64,000 nt of DNA, from assembly GCA_051252135.1 (NCBI GenBank), contig JBPOGH010000008.1, forward strand, positions 1 through 64,000, in the 5' to 3' direction. Made by a program: the position numbers and the translations under genes. Below the pieces are notes generated by a model that saw only the letters and a program-made list of their open reading frames with translations, was not told the origin of the DNA and did not search any database. Below, one piece after another: positions 21,095-32,848 of the stretch (position 1 is its first letter; each line of letters begins with the position of its first letter). The DNA comes from Verrucomicrobiaceae bacterium. GTDB taxonomy: Bacteria > Verrucomicrobiota > Verrucomicrobiia > Verrucomicrobiales > Akkermansiaceae.

Positions 21095-22452
21095 CAGGAA
21101 AGTGACTTCTCTTTCAAAAACTTCGCCACCCAGGCAATGTCATACTTCCCGGCAATAAAGTCGGGATGATCAATGATCTCCTGCTGGAAGGGAATCGTCG
21201 TCTTGATGCCACGAATCCGGAATTCCGAGAGCGCCCGCTTCATCCGCGCAATCGCCACCTCACGGGACGATGCCGTCACGATCAGCTTCGCAATCATCGA
21301 GTCGTAATACGGCGGCACCGTGTAACCCGCATAAACATGCGTATCCACCCGCACCCCTTTTCCTCCCGGCGCATACCAAAGATCAATCGTGCCCGGACTC
21401 GGCGTGAAATTGTTGTACGGATCCTCCGCATTGATCCGGCACTCGATCGAGTGGCCGCGCGGCGTCGCCTGCAAGACATGATCGGACATCGGCTCACCCG
21501 CCGCAATCCGGATTTGCTCCTTGATCAGCTCACACCCCATCACCTCCTCGGTCACGGGATGCTCCACCTGAATCCGGGTGTTCATCTCCATGAAGTAAAA
21601 GTCCGATGCATCCTCATTCACAAGATACTCGATCGTTCCCGCGTTCTGATAATCGATCGACTTAATCAACCGCACCGAAGCCTCCCCCATCCGCTGACGC
21701 AGTTCTTCCGAAATCAACGGGCTCGGACACTCCTCAATAATCTTCTGGTTCCGGCGCTGCATCGAACAATCACGCTCACCCAGGTGAATGTAATTCCCGT
21801 GATTATCACCCAGCACCTGAAACTCAATGTGATGCGGATTCAGCACCAACTTCTCGATGTAACAATCGCCGTTTCCAAAGCACGCCTGCGCCTCCTTCGA
21901 AGCCGCCTTATACATGCTCTCAAACTCCTCCGCGTTCATCGCCGGACGCATCCCGCGCCCCCCGCCACCCGCCGTCGCCTTGATCATCACCGGATAACCC
22001 ACCTCCGCAGCCACCTTCTTGCCTTCCTCCACATCCTTCAGAATCCCGTCCGATCCCGGAGTCGCCGGCACCCCGTTGGCTGCCGCTGTCGACCGCGCCG
22101 TATTCTTATCACCCATCGTCCGGATCACCTCCGCACTCGGCCCGATAAACTTGATATTGCAACTCTCGCAAATCTCCGCAAACCGCGCGTTCTCCGAAAG
22201 AAAACCATACCCCGGGTGGATCGCATCCGCATCCGTGATCTCAGCCGCCGCAATGATCCGGTCCGGCTTGAGATAACTCTCACTGCTCGGTCCCGCACCA
22301 ATGCACACCGACTCGTCGGCCAGCTGCACATGCATCGAATCAACATCGGCTTCGGAATACACCGCCACCGAATGAACGCCCAACTCACGGCAGGCACGAA
22401 TAATCCGGAGAGCAATCTCCCCACGGTTGGCTACGAGAACACGGTTAAACAT
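21094..22452 (-). CDS. accC: Acetyl-CoA carboxylase biotin carboxylase subunit
   Basis: [47 protein letters not shown] and YDSMIAKLI motifs. Confidence 0.97.
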   Translation of the reverse strand: MFNRVLVANRGEIALRIIRACRELGVHSVAVYSEADVDSMHVQLADESVCIGAGPSSESYLKPDRIIAAAEITDADAIHPGYGFLSENARFAEICESCNIKFIGPSAEVIRTMGDKNTARSTAAANGVPATPGSDGILKDVEEGKKVAAEVGYPVMIKATAGGGGRGMRPAMNAEEFESMYKAASKEAQACFGNGDCYIEKLVLNPHHIEFQVLGDNHGNYIHLGERDCSMQRRNQKIIEECPSPLISEELRQRMGEASVRLIKSIDYQNAGTIEYLVNEDASDFYFMEMNTRIQVEHPVTEEVMGCELIKEQIRIAAGEPMSDHVLQATPRGHSIECRINAEDPYNNFTPSPGTIDLWYAPGGKGVRVDTHVYAGYTVPPYYDSMIAKLIVTASSREVAIARMKRALSEFRIRGIKTTIPFQQEIIDHPDFIAGKYDIAWVAKFLKEKSLS

Positions 22453-22503
22453 ATCCTTTGAAAATGGGTTGGCCCGCTCACCTCCGGGTGATGGGCCTCA
22501 AAA

Positions 22504-22974
22504 TTACTTCACGCGGAAAAGAGTATCGCCGTACTGCACCGAGTTCGAATCATCCACGCAAATCTCGGTGATCGTCCCGGAACGCTCTGACTTAATCTCA
22601 TTCATCACCTTCATCGCCTCGATGATGCACAGCGTCTGACCTTCGGAAATGGTGTCACCCACATTCACAAAGTTCTCCGACTCCGGAGATGCCTTACGAT
22701 AAAACGTCCCCACCATCGGGGAACTGATCGCCTCACCCTCGGAAGCCGCAGGTGCCGGTGCCTCAGCCGCTGCCGGAGCAGGTGCGGAAGCCGCAGGTGC
22801 TGCCGCCGGAGCATAACCACCACCGGAAGGCATGCTGGCCATCAGCTTCTGCAAATCCCCCAGATCAGCGCCCTTCTTGAGCTTCAAATTGAAATCTTCC
22901 TTTTCAAACTGGAAGTGCGAGAGCCCATGGTCATCCATGAGCTTGACGATTTTTCGGATTTCAGAGAGGTCCAC
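22504..22974 (-). CDS. accB: Biotin carboxyl carrier protein
   Basis: Ala/Pro linker, SPMVGTFY and the EAMKVMNEI biotinylation motif. Confidence 0.97.
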   Translation of the reverse strand: MDLSEIRKIVKLMDDHGLSHFQFEKEDFNLKLKKGADLGDLQKLMASMPSGGGYAPAAAPAASAPAPAAAEAPAPAASEGEAISSPMVGTFYRKASPESENFVNVGDTISEGQTLCIIEAMKVMNEIKSERSGTITEICVDDSNSVQYGDTLFRVK

Positions 22975-23156
22975 GAGAAAATTTCAGGTTAATTTGCCGG
23001 TTGGCGTGCGGCCATCCTAAGGCGAATCTCCAACCGGAGCAAGCGACTTGTTAGGAGGACCAAATCACCCAAAAACTCCTCATTTTAGCCAATTCTTCCC
23101 CAAAACCCCCTAAAATAGTGATGGGAACACCCCATCCGCGCGTATTAATCCCCACC

Positions 23157-23879
23157 ATGAAAATCCCCATCCTCGCCTCCCTCGCCCTCGCCATGATCAC
23201 CTCCGCCACCGCCCAACCCGGCTCCCAAATCGAAACCGCCCTCCAAATCGACGACACCACCTCCATCCCCTACCTCCAATACCTCCCCAAAGACTTCTCC
23301 CCCGACGACAAAGACAAAAAATGGCCCCTCATCCTCTTCCTCCACGGACGCGGTGAAAGCAACGGCCCCCTCTCCGTCGTCAAAAAATGGGGCCCGCCCC
23401 GCATCGTCGAAACCGGAAAAGACCTCCCCTACATCATCATCTCCCCCCAATGCCCCAAGGAAAGCTGGTGGTCCAATGACGATCAACAAGCCCTCCTCGA
23501 CAAACTCCTCGCCCACGTCCGGAAACAATTCCCCATCGATGACTCCCGCATCTACCTCACCGGCCTCTCCATGGGCGGCTTCGGGTCCTGGGAACTCGCC
23601 GCCCGCCACCCCGACACCTTCGCCGCCGTCGTCCCCATCTGCGGAGGAGGCGACCCCAAAAAAGCCCCCAAACTCGTCAACACCCCCATCTGGGTCTGGC
23701 ACGGCGATGCCGACACCGCCGTCCCCATTGCCAAATCCATCGAAATGGTCGACGCCGTCAAAAAAGCCGGGGGCAAGAAAATCACCTTCACCACCCTCGA
23801 AGGTGTCGGCCACGACTCCTGGTCCACCGCCTACGCCGACCCCCGCCTCTGGCAATGGCTCACCGAACAAACCCGCTAA
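23157..23879 (+). CDS. Secreted alpha/beta hydrolase (predicted peptidase/phospholipase)
   Basis: PLILFLHGRGE, SPQCP, GLSMGG nucleophile elbow, HGDAD and GHDSW motifs; signal peptide. Confidence 0.85.
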   Translation: MKIPILASLALAMITSATAQPGSQIETALQIDDTTSIPYLQYLPKDFSPDDKDKKWPLILFLHGRGESNGPLSVVKKWGPPRIVETGKDLPYIIISPQCPKESWWSNDDQQALLDKLLAHVRKQFPIDDSRIYLTGLSMGGFGSWELAARHPDTFAAVVPICGGGDPKKAPKLVNTPIWVWHGDADTAVPIAKSIEMVDAVKKAGGKKITFTTLEGVGHDSWSTAYADPRLWQWLTEQTR

Positions 23880-23892
23880 GCCCTTCTCCCAA

Positions 23893-23985
23893 CCCTGCCC
23901 TCCGGGATCCGGCAGGCAGGGCACCCACACACGCGAAAGAGCTGAACGCTCAACCGAACGACGCCCATGGCTGAAGCCATGGGAC
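23893..23985. repeat. REP-like hairpin element between convergent genes
   Basis: CCCTGCC.TCCGG…CCGG..GGCAGGG, GAGCTGAACGCTC and CCCATGGCTGAAGCCATGGG palindromes. Confidence 0.65.
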
Positions 23986-23999
23986 CGCATTCCTCCGAC

Positions 24000-26483
24000 C
24001 TACTTCGCATACATCCCGTGCTTCGGATCCCCGCCCGACAGCACATAAGCCACCAGATCCAGAATATCGTCGTCACTCAAGGTATTCAACAAGCCCGGAG
24101 GCATCATTGACACCGTCGATGGCTCCACCGACTTCAGATCCTTCCTCTGAACCGTCGTCATCTCGCCCGGCGCATAAAGGTTCGTGATCACATTATAAGC
24201 TCCGTCCCTCAGATTTCCAATCCGCCCAATCACCACCGAGCCATCCTTCTTCGTAAACACCATCGACCCATACTGGTCACTGATCTCCTTCCCCGGATCG
24301 ATGATCTGCTCCAGGAAATCATGCGGACTGAACTTGCCCGCCGCACTCGTCAGGTCCGGGCCAATCGCCCCTCCCTCTTGCCCAAACCGGTGACAGGCAT
24401 AGCAATTTGCCGCCCCGAAGACCTCGCGGCCATTCTTGAAATCACGACCTCCCTCAAGCCCCGAAGCCAATAGCGGCTTCAGATCCTCCATCGTCCAGTT
24501 CTTCACAAACCCCCGGGGCTTCGCTGTAAACATCGGTCCCGCCTTCTCCGGCTTCGCCGTCAGAATCGGCTTCAACCGCTCCTTGTCCGCCTCACTCAGA
24601 TTCGCCATCGCATCATCCTTGATCTCCTTGATATACGTTCCAAAAGCCGCCCCCCCCTTGTAATTCGCTGCCCGAATGAACCAGCTGAAGAACCGCTCCT
24701 GCAAGTCCGGCGTCCAGCCCTCCTTCAAATGACGCACCACCATCGCCATCGCGATCTGCTCCTCCTGCGTCGGTCCCGATTCCACCAAAGCCACCGCACG
24801 ATCAATCAACTTCGGCGCCTTTAGAAAGGACAACAAATTCCCCAGCTCAATATTCTCCGCCCGCGTGTCCGCCGGGAAAAAGCGATCCACCTGCGCAATC
24901 ACCTTCTCACGCTGCTCCGCCGTCGGTTCACCCAAACGCTTGAAGACCAGCGTATACGCCCGCAACAAATCAAACCTCGATTGCGGATCCAACCCCTCAT
25001 AATCCAACTCCAGAAGCGCCGCCATTGCCGCCGCCTGATGCGTCTTCTCACCCACCCGCGCCAGCGAAAGTATCCCGCCCAGGCGCGCCACCGGATCCTT
25101 CTCGGTCAGCACCTTCTCACCCCACTGGGCAAGTGGCTGCTTCTCCAGCGCCGTCCGCGCCGCAAAGCGCAACGCCCGATCCTTGCTCCCCAAAAACGGC
25201 CACGCCTTCGCCACCGCCTCCGGTGCCTGCTTCAGATGATACGCCTCCAGCGCACGACGTTGATCCCGCGCCTCCTGACCCGCATTCTTCCCGTCGATTC
25301 GCGCCGTGCTTTCCTCTCCCACATAACTCACCCGGTAAATTCCCGACTGCACCCGACGACCACCCACCGCAAAATAAAGCGACCCGTCATCACCCATCGC
25401 CAGATCGGTCAGCGGCAAAGGTTGACCCGCCACAAACTCCTCAAAGTCCGCCGTGTAAGTCGCCCCATTCGGCTTCAAGTGCACCGCGTAAAGCTTCCCG
25501 AACGACCAGTCCGCAATAAAAAACGCCTTCTGATACTTCGCCGGAAATTTCGCCCCCGTTCCAAAAAGAACACCCGTCGGCGATCCCGGCCCAATGTCCG
25601 TCACCGCCCCAAAACTATCACTGTAGTAATCAGGCCACTTCGCCGATCCATTCCGCCAGCCAAACTCCGCCCCGCTGATCACATGGTTCACCCGCGTCGC
25701 CCGATACCACGGCGTGTTCAAATCCCACTCCATGTCCGCATCGTAGGTGAACAGCTCCCCGTCCCCGTTGAAATCAATATCATACTGGTTCCGGAATCCC
25801 GTCGCCACCACTTCCCATTCCTTACCCTCCGGATCCGTCTTCACCACCCACCCCCGTGGCGCCAAACTCCCCTTCATAAAGCCCCTACCATAAACCCGCG
25901 GCAACAAATTATCCTCACCCCACACCTCCGACACCCGACTCGTCTGATACTCCGGCAAGTCCGTCTGGTTGCCACACGCCACATAAAGCGACTTCCCGTC
26001 CGGCGAGAGAATCACCGCATGCGGCCCGTGCTCGCCACCCGATTCCTGAAACTTCTTCAGCTGCGTCACCTTGTCCAACTCGTCATCCCCATCCGTATCC
26101 TGCACCCGATACAAGCCCCGCCCGCCGTGGGCCCCATCATTCACCACCACATAAAGCGAATCAAACGCCCAGCACATCCCCCACGCATGCCCGATATCCA
26201 GATCGATCTTCTCAAAGTCCCCATCACCCAACGTCCCGCCCGGCTCCGGAGCCGTAAAACGATAAATCGACCCATACTGATCCCCCGCATAAAACCGTCC
26301 CTTGTCATCCTTGCACAAGGTCACCCAGGACCCGAACTCGCCCTTCGGCACCGAATAAAGCCGCTCCACCTGGAAGCCCTCTTTCACATTCAACCGATCC
26401 ACCGGAGTCACCTCGGCCTCCTGGCCAAACACCGGAATCGATAACACCATACTGCACGCAAGAATTCGGGAAATAATCGTCAT
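24000..26483 (-). CDS. PVC-type haem-binding CxxCH protein (beta-propeller, HEAT-like repeats, cytochrome c)
   Basis: Signal peptide, GFRNQYD propeller motif, C-terminal CYACH…GPDLT…SMMPPGL. Confidence 0.85.
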   Translation of the reverse strand: MTIISRILACSMVLSIPVFGQEAEVTPVDRLNVKEGFQVERLYSVPKGEFGSWVTLCKDDKGRFYAGDQYGSIYRFTAPEPGGTLGDGDFEKIDLDIGHAWGMCWAFDSLYVVVNDGAHGGRGLYRVQDTDGDDELDKVTQLKKFQESGGEHGPHAVILSPDGKSLYVACGNQTDLPEYQTSRVSEVWGEDNLLPRVYGRGFMKGSLAPRGWVVKTDPEGKEWEVVATGFRNQYDIDFNGDGELFTYDADMEWDLNTPWYRATRVNHVISGAEFGWRNGSAKWPDYYSDSFGAVTDIGPGSPTGVLFGTGAKFPAKYQKAFFIADWSFGKLYAVHLKPNGATYTADFEEFVAGQPLPLTDLAMGDDGSLYFAVGGRRVQSGIYRVSYVGEESTARIDGKNAGQEARDQRRALEAYHLKQAPEAVAKAWPFLGSKDRALRFAARTALEKQPLAQWGEKVLTEKDPVARLGGILSLARVGEKTHQAAAMAALLELDYEGLDPQSRFDLLRAYTLVFKRLGEPTAEQREKVIAQVDRFFPADTRAENIELGNLLSFLKAPKLIDRAVALVESGPTQEEQIAMAMVVRHLKEGWTPDLQERFFSWFIRAANYKGGAAFGTYIKEIKDDAMANLSEADKERLKPILTAKPEKAGPMFTAKPRGFVKNWTMEDLKPLLASGLEGGRDFKNGREVFGAANCYACHRFGQEGGAIGPDLTSAAGKFSPHDFLEQIIDPGKEISDQYGSMVFTKKDGSVVIGRIGNLRDGAYNVITNLYAPGEMTTVQRKDLKSVEPSTVSMMPPGLLNTLSDDDILDLVAYVLSGGDPKHGMYAK

Positions 26484-26533
26484 TTGATAAGTCTACTTTG
26501 ATTGGAAAATTTTGAATGAAAAGGCCTACGTCC

Positions 26534-27877
26534 TTACTTTGCCGCTTGTTTCAGTTCCGCAAAACGCGCCCGCATTTCCGCCAGTCGCTCCGCCTGCTTG
26601 GGATCCCCCGCGAGGTCATTCTCCTCCATCGGATCTTCCACGATGTTGAACAACTGCTCCACCTTCTGCTCCGGCCAGTAAAAATACTTCCAGTCCTTCC
26701 GCACCAACGCCTCGGATGCCGGAATGAAATCCGCACTCCGCAGCGTCGGATGCTCGTAAAAGAACTCTTCACGCCACTCCGGCTTCTCCTCCGCCAAATA
26801 AAGCGGTGCCATATCCACCCCCTGCATCCCCTTCGGAGCATCGATCCCCGCAGCCGCCAGAATCGTCGGAGCCAAATCCACACTCAGCGTAAAATCGTCA
26901 TTCAGCGACCCCGCCTTCTCCTTCGGCATCCGTGGATCATGAATGATCAGCGGTACCCGAATGCTCTCCTGATGCGGATACCACTTGTCCGCCAACCCGT
27001 GCTCCGCGTGATAATACCCATTGTCCGTCGTGAAAATCACCAGCGTATTGTCCAACACCCCCTGCTCCTCCAGCTTCTTCAAAATCCGACCACACGTCGC
27101 GTCCACTTCCGTCGCCAGACGATAATAATTCTTCATCATCCGCTGAAACTTCTGCGGCGTATCAAATCGCCAGTGCCACCGGTTCCGCCCCTCGTTCTTC
27201 TCGTCAAAGAACTTCGGCAAACGCTTCCACGACTCCTCCGTCGCATTCGCCGGCACCGGAATTTTCACGTCCCGATACAGCTTCATGCTCTCCGGCTGCG
27301 GCAAAAACTGATCCGGGTGATGGTCCTCCGCATGCGTCGCAAAAAACGCCACCGTCAGACAAAACGGCTGACCCTTCGGCCGCTTGGCCAAAAACTTCAT
27401 CGAGTCCATCTCATTGCGCTGCGTCACATGCACCCGCTTCCCGTCCACCTCATACCAATGCTTCCCCGAATACGAGGTGCTGAAATCAAACTCCTTCGCC
27501 GGAATCTTCCCGTTATGCCACTTCCCCACCTGCCCCACATAATATCCATTCTTCCGGAGCAAACCCGGATACGTCTCCGCCATCGGCGTTTTAAACATCT
27601 TAAAATCCCGACACCCGTGCCGTGACATCCACTGCCCCGTCATCAAATTCGCCCGACTCACCCCGCAAATCGCCGTCGTCACACAGTTCTCCGTGAAACG
27701 CACCCCTTTCCCCGCCAACTCATCCAGCACCGGAGTCTTCACCACCGCATTCCCCGCCACCCCCAGCGTGTCATGCCGCCAGTCATCCGCATAAAGCAGC
27801 AAAATATTCATCGGAGACTTCTCCGCAGCCGGAGCCAAAACCGTCAAGAGGGCAAAAGAAAGAAAAAGCAGTCTCAT
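26534..27877 (-). CDS. Sulfatase, secreted
   Basis: [30 protein letters not shown] and ESIRVPLI motifs. Probable ATG at 27877. Confidence 0.92.
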   Translation of the reverse strand: MRLLFLSFALLTVLAPAAEKSPMNILLLYADDWRHDTLGVAGNAVVKTPVLDELAGKGVRFTENCVTTAICGVSRANLMTGQWMSRHGCRDFKMFKTPMAETYPGLLRKNGYYVGQVGKWHNGKIPAKEFDFSTSYSGKHWYEVDGKRVHVTQRNEMDSMKFLAKRPKGQPFCLTVAFFATHAEDHHPDQFLPQPESMKLYRDVKIPVPANATEESWKRLPKFFDEKNEGRNRWHWRFDTPQKFQRMMKNYYRLATEVDATCGRILKKLEEQGVLDNTLVIFTTDNGYYHAEHGLADKWYPHQESIRVPLIIHDPRMPKEKAGSLNDDFTLSVDLAPTILAAAGIDAPKGMQGVDMAPLYLAEEKPEWREEFFYEHPTLRSADFIPASEALVRKDWKYFYWPEQKVEQLFNIVEDPMEENDLAGDPKQAERLAEMRARFAELKQAAK

Positions 27878-28002
27878 AAGTAAGGATTCTTGGAATTTGA
27901 AGCCCACAACGCAAACTCAAATGTTTGCATTCCCCTCAATCCCGGTCGACAGTCTACCTTCAACAGGAAACCTTTCTTTCCTTTTTTTAAGTTCTGGTTC
28001 AA

Positions 28003-30651
28003 ATGAACATGATTCTTCGCCTCTTTCTCTCCGGTCTGATCGGAACCACCTCCCTGCACGCCGCCAACACCTTTGACTCCCAACGGGTCAACGGCACCGC
28101 AGTCTCCAACTTCGGCCCCATCGGCACCCCCATGACCATCACCTGGAGCATCGTCCCCGATAACACCATCTTGGGAAGATTCAGCATCGACCCCGATCAC
28201 TCCGATGGCCGCAGCGACCTCATCTCCCGCTTTGATAACCTCTACAACGTCCCCGCCGCCAACCGCACCTCCGACCTCACCAACCGCCCCTGGCACGCCC
28301 ACTTCGTCACCACCTTCGACCAAATCTCCCGCAAATGCGGACTCTCCTACATCTACGTCACCGATGACGGAGCGACCCCCTTCAACGACCTCAACGGCCA
28401 AATCAATCAACGCGGCGATGTCCGCATCGGAGGCACCCCCCTCACCGGACTCCTCGGCTACAACCAGGCCCCGCCCTCCAGCGACATGGTCCTCGATTCC
28501 GACTTCGCCGGCTTCGCCAACCCCTCCAGCCTCAAGCTCGTCTTCGGCCACGAGCACATGCACGGCCTCGGCTTCGGCCACGCCACCGTCGCCGGAAATC
28601 CCGCCCTCTCCATGGTCTCCACCTCCGGCGGAAATGCCAATGGCCCCCAATTCGACGACCTCCTCTTCCTCCAACGCAAATACGGCGACCCCCTCGAAAA
28701 AAACGGCGGCAACGACTCCTTCATCTCCGCCACCGACCTCGGCACCTTCGCCCCCTCCTCCATCCTCGAAGTCGGAACAGACGCCGATGACCTCACCATC
28801 GCCGCCAATGAGACCGACTTCGTCTCCATCGATGATGACCTCGACCGCGACTTCTACCGCTTCACCCTCTCCTCCCCCCAAACCCTCAGCATCACCCTCT
28901 CCCCCCGCGGCCCCACCTACCAATACACCCCCGAAGGAGGCTCCCCCGTCACCATCAACGCCTCCTCCCAAAGCGACCTCGTCCTCGAGCTCCTCAACGC
29001 AAGCGCCACCTCCCTCGAAATTGCCGATCACACCGGACTCGGCGGCACCGAATCCATCAACGACGCCTCCCTCCCCGCCGGCACCTACCGCATCAAGGTC
29101 TCCGGCAAGGCCAACAAAGCCCAACTCTACCGACTCTCCATCTTCGACGGCCTCCTCGACTCCGATAACGACGGCCTCAACGACACCGACGAACTCCCCG
29201 GCGATGCCGATGGCGATGGCATCCCCAACATCGACGACCCCGATGCCGACGGCGATGGCCTCAATGACGGAGCCGAAGTCACCCTCGGCCGGGATCCCTA
29301 CTCCGCTCAGGATCTCGCCTTCACCTTCGACTCATCCCTCCAGGGCTGGACCGCCGTCAACATCACAGACTTCGCCACCACCAACGGCACCATCTCCGGA
29401 GACAGCGCCAACGACCCCCAACTCCGCTCCCCCGCCACCAACTTCTCCGGCGCGGAAATCACCAGCCTCATCCTCCGCATCCCCGCATCCCAATCCGGCA
29501 GCATCCAACTCTTCTTCCAGCGAAATGGCGCCGCCGGATACACCAACGGAGGCTTCCATAACCTCGGACCCGCCGGAACCTCCCGCCTCGTCGTCATCGA
29601 CCTCTCAGACGTCCCCGAATGGACCGGCGCCCGCATCACCGGCCTCCGCCTCGACCCTCCCGGACAAGCCGGAACCTCCTTCCAGCTCGATGACATCATC
29701 GGCTCAAATGGCGACCGCGATGGCGACGGCACCACCGACCCCGCCGAGATTGCCTCCTCCCGCGACCCCCTCTCCCCCACCGACCTCGCCTTCGAGTTCA
29801 ACACCCCCGGCGACTTCGAAGGCTGGATCAACGGCAACCTCCTCACCTCCCCCACCGTCGCCAACGGCGTCCTCTCCGGCACCACCGAATCCATCGACTC
29901 CAAACGCTGGAACACCAACCTCAACTTCCGCGGCACCCAAGTCACCGGCCTCTTCATCCGCCTCAAATCCTCCCAACCCGGCACCACCGAACTCTTCTGG
30001 GGCATCGACGGTGCCGACAACTTCGCCGCCGAACGCCGCCTCGTCGCCCCCTACACCGCCACCAACAACTTCCAAACCCTCCACTTCCACCTCAACGATC
30101 ACCCCCTCTGGGCAGAAGAAACCATCCGCCGCCTCCGACTCGATCCCATCACCGCCTCCGGCGCAATTATCGAGATCGACTGGATCCGCGGATCCGATGG
30201 CGACTTCGATGACGACGGCATCACCGACCTCACCGAAGGCACCGATGACCCCGACAACGACGGCCTCGGAAACTTCGAAGACCCCGACTCCGACAACGAC
30301 CAAATCCCCGACGCCTACGAGCACGCCAACAACCTCAACCCCGTCCTCAACGATGCCCTTCTCGACCTCGATAACGACGGCTTCACCAACCTTCAGGAAT
30401 ACCTCATGGCCACCGCCGCCAATGACCCCGCCAGCCGCTTCCAACCCACCATCCTCACCACCCGCCCCACCCAAATCTCCATCAACGCCGTCGCCGGAAG
30501 AACCTACACCCTCCAACGCGCCACCACCCCCAACGGCCCCTGGACCCAAGTCACCCAAGCCACCATCACCACCACCGCCCCCCGCATCCTCACCGCCCCC
30601 CAAACCCTCCCCAAATCCTTCTACCGCATCACCGTCACCCTCCCCCAATAA
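28003..30651 (+). CDS. Secreted metzincin (matrixin-like) metalloprotease with PPC-like domain, Asp-rich TSP3-like repeats, two repeated beta-sandwich domains and C-terminal sorting-like domain
   Basis: HEHMHGLGFGH zinc motif; DSDNDGLND and DADGDG repeats; duplicated DLAF.F…GW…LRLDP domain; C-terminal YTLQRA…W…FYRI. Confidence 0.85.
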   Translation: MNMILRLFLSGLIGTTSLHAANTFDSQRVNGTAVSNFGPIGTPMTITWSIVPDNTILGRFSIDPDHSDGRSDLISRFDNLYNVPAANRTSDLTNRPWHAHFVTTFDQISRKCGLSYIYVTDDGATPFNDLNGQINQRGDVRIGGTPLTGLLGYNQAPPSSDMVLDSDFAGFANPSSLKLVFGHEHMHGLGFGHATVAGNPALSMVSTSGGNANGPQFDDLLFLQRKYGDPLEKNGGNDSFISATDLGTFAPSSILEVGTDADDLTIAANETDFVSIDDDLDRDFYRFTLSSPQTLSITLSPRGPTYQYTPEGGSPVTINASSQSDLVLELLNASATSLEIADHTGLGGTESINDASLPAGTYRIKVSGKANKAQLYRLSIFDGLLDSDNDGLNDTDELPGDADGDGIPNIDDPDADGDGLNDGAEVTLGRDPYSAQDLAFTFDSSLQGWTAVNITDFATTNGTISGDSANDPQLRSPATNFSGAEITSLILRIPASQSGSIQLFFQRNGAAGYTNGGFHNLGPAGTSRLVVIDLSDVPEWTGARITGLRLDPPGQAGTSFQLDDIIGSNGDRDGDGTTDPAEIASSRDPLSPTDLAFEFNTPGDFEGWINGNLLTSPTVANGVLSGTTESIDSKRWNTNLNFRGTQVTGLFIRLKSSQPGTTELFWGIDGADNFAAERRLVAPYTATNNFQTLHFHLNDHPLWAEETIRRLRLDPITASGAIIEIDWIRGSDGDFDDDGITDLTEGTDDPDNDGLGNFEDPDSDNDQIPDAYEHANNLNPVLNDALLDLDNDGFTNLQEYLMATAANDPASRFQPTILTTRPTQISINAVAGRTYTLQRATTPNGPWTQVTQATITTTAPRILTAPQTLPKSFYRITVTLPQ

Positions 30652-30800
30652 GGAGAGGGGGCACCCTGCCCGTGGAATGCCCTCGGGTGCTTCAGCCGAA
30701 TTCCAGAACCCAAGCCCCCCAACCAAGCAATTCCTAATTCTTAATTCTAAATTTCAAATTCCCCTCATCTCCCCTCCACCCACTCCCCCGTCTCCCCGGA
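30652..30800 (+). repeat. Short composite repeat array
   Basis: GGAGAGGGGGCACCCTGCCC, then CCCCCCAACCAAG followed by AATTCCTAATTCTTAATTCTAAATTTCAAATT. Confidence 0.7.
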
Positions 30801-30931
30801 CCCCTCCGCAGCAATGGAGAAGACCCCAACCCTCAAAGTGCTTTTAACGTCTCTTGTCATGGGTCTCTTCAGACCACCAAAACACCCCCCGCAAGCTTGC
30901 CTTCCAGGCAACAAATCCCAACATTGCCCCC

Positions 30932-31612
30932 ATGCTCCGTTCCCTCATCCTCCTCGCCACCCTCTTCACAACCTCCCCGCTTTTCGCAAAAGACACCCCC
31001 ATGACCCCCGTTAAGGACATCGACAGCCTCCCGCGCGTCCTCCTCATCGGCGACTCCATCTCCATCGGCTACACCGTCCCCGTCCGCGAGCTCCTCAAGG
31101 GCAAAGCCAACGTCCACCGCCCCCTCACCAACTGCGGCCCCACCACCAAGGGCCTCAAGGAGCTCGACGCCTGGCTCAACACCGGCGGCAAAGGCAAAAA
31201 ATGGGACCTCATCCACTTCAACTGGGGCCTCCACGACCTCAAATACATCAGCGGAAAAGGCGACAAACTCACCGCCGTCGAGGCTCCCGACAGCCGACAA
31301 CAAGTCTCCCCCGCCGATTACGAAAAGAACCTCCGCCAACTCGTCGCCCGCCTCAAAAAAACCAACGCCCGCCTCATCTGGCGCAACACCACCCCCGTCC
31401 CCAAAGGAGCCAAAGGCCGCCTCGCCGGCGACTCCCAAAGATACAACGACCTCGCCGCCAAAGTCATGAAAGAAGAAGGCATCGAAATCCACGACCTCTT
31501 CACCTTCGCCAAGGAACACGAAGCCAAAATCCAACAAAAAGCCAACGTCCACTACACCCCCGCCGGGTCCAAACAACTCGCCGCCCAAGTCGTCAAAGCC
31601 CTCAAGCTCTGA
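30932..31612 (+). CDS. SGNH/GDSL hydrolase
   Basis: [17 protein letters not shown] and NVHY motifs; signal peptide from ATG 30932. Confidence 0.88.
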   Translation: MLRSLILLATLFTTSPLFAKDTPMTPVKDIDSLPRVLLIGDSISIGYTVPVRELLKGKANVHRPLTNCGPTTKGLKELDAWLNTGGKGKKWDLIHFNWGLHDLKYISGKGDKLTAVEAPDSRQQVSPADYEKNLRQLVARLKKTNARLIWRNTTPVPKGAKGRLAGDSQRYNDLAAKVMKEEGIEIHDLFTFAKEHEAKIQQKANVHYTPAGSKQLAAQVVKALKL

Positions 31613-31659
31613 GCCCAACCTCAGACCCCTCCGCTCCCCCCAAAAAAATTCCCTGCACC

Positions 31660-32673
31660 ATGAACGAACTCACACTCTCCTCACCACTCGATATGCACCT
31701 TCATCTACGGGATGATGAGATGCTGAAGCTAGTGACCCCACTGACCACTGAAACATTCGCCGGAGCGGTGATCATGCCGAACCTGGTGCCCCCGGTCGAC
31801 TCACTGCGGGCGCTCGAAGAATATCGCCATCGCATCACGATGGCTCAAGGAGATCACGTCTTTCATCCCTACATGACCGCGTTTTTCCGTGACTACACCG
31901 AGAACGAACTCGCTGAGTTAAAATATGAGATGCTGGGAATTAAACTCTATCCCGCAGGAGCCACCACAAACAGCGAAGCAGGGGTCAAAGCCCTCGATGC
32001 GGTGGAGCCTACCTTCAAAATGATGGAGGAAATGAAGATCCCGCTCATGGTGCATGGGGAGACACACGGATTTGTGATGGACCGGGAAAAGGAATTTCTC
32101 GCGAGCTATGAATACCTCGCCAAGAAATTCCCCAAACTGCAAATCACCATGGAGCATATCACGACCGCAGACGCGGTCGAGCTGATGGGACGCTATGAAA
32201 ACCTCCGCGCCACGGTGACCCTTCAGCACCTCATCATCACACTCGATGACGTCGCTGGTGGCATGCTCAATCCGCATTTGTTCTGCAAGCCGATCGCGAA
32301 GCGTCCGGAGGATCGGGAAGCGCTCCTCCAAGCTGCGCTGGATGCTCATCCCGGTCTCATGTTCGGCAGTGATAGCGCGCCCCATCCGCTGAGTAAGAAG
32401 GAATGCTGCGGGTGCGCGGCCGGTGTCTTCACCTCACCCCTCGCCATCGCCAGGCTGGCACAGCTCTTCGATAAACATGGCAAGCTGGAGAACCTCCAGG
32501 CCTTCATCTCCGATAACGCACAACGTCTCTACCGGATCAAACCACCGGAAAAGAAAGTCGTGGTGAAGAAGCAAGCCTTCGAGGTCCCTGCCGCCTACAA
32601 GGGTCACGGTCAGCACGTGGTACCCATGCACGCCGGTGAAACTCTCGACTGGTCGGTGAGCTCTGTTTCTTAG
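31660..32673 (+). CDS. pyrC: Dihydroorotase (homodimeric type)
   Basis: [41 protein letters not shown] and GSDSAPH motifs. True ATG at 31660. Confidence 0.95.
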   Translation: MNELTLSSPLDMHLHLRDDEMLKLVTPLTTETFAGAVIMPNLVPPVDSLRALEEYRHRITMAQGDHVFHPYMTAFFRDYTENELAELKYEMLGIKLYPAGATTNSEAGVKALDAVEPTFKMMEEMKIPLMVHGETHGFVMDREKEFLASYEYLAKKFPKLQITMEHITTADAVELMGRYENLRATVTLQHLIITLDDVAGGMLNPHLFCKPIAKRPEDREALLQAALDAHPGLMFGSDSAPHPLSKKECCGCAAGVFTSPLAIARLAQLFDKHGKLENLQAFISDNAQRLYRIKPPEKKVVVKKQAFEVPAAYKGHGQHVVPMHAGETLDWSVSSVS

Positions 32674-32848
32674 CTTCACAATCCTCCCCAAGCCCGGCCG
32701 CATCTCCACCTCCACCTTCCCCTTCACCCCCCGACGGAAAAACCCTCTACCTCGCCGGCGGCGCCAACCCAAGTGAACCAAGTGAGGAAAAAATGGGGCC
32801 GCATCGTGATCTATGACGTCACCAGCCAAAAGTAGCCGAACCTTCCGA

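Noticed and set aside
22470..22500. Hairpin GGCCC..TCACC-TCCG-GGTGA.GGGCC between accB and accC
   Set aside because: It lacks a U tract in the transcribed direction. It may be an mRNA stability element but cannot be called a terminator.
28205..30847. 880-aa Pro/Ser/Thr-rich ORF and many similar long ORFs (for example 4639-6258, 7414-8505, 13917-15641, 42276-43439)
   Set aside because: Shadow frames of real genes. The extreme C3 bias removes stop codons from alternative and antisense frames, and none has recognisable motifs.
31201..31659. N-terminal extension of the 490-aa ORF (apparent PyrC fusion)
   Set aside because: It overlaps the SGNH hydrolase in another frame. PyrC similarity starts at ATG 31660.
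32690..32835. Fragment reading …FTP/DGKTLYLAGG…KWGRIVIYDVTSQK*, resembling a beta-propeller gene end
   Set aside because: It needs several frameshifts and is too short to support a call without a search.
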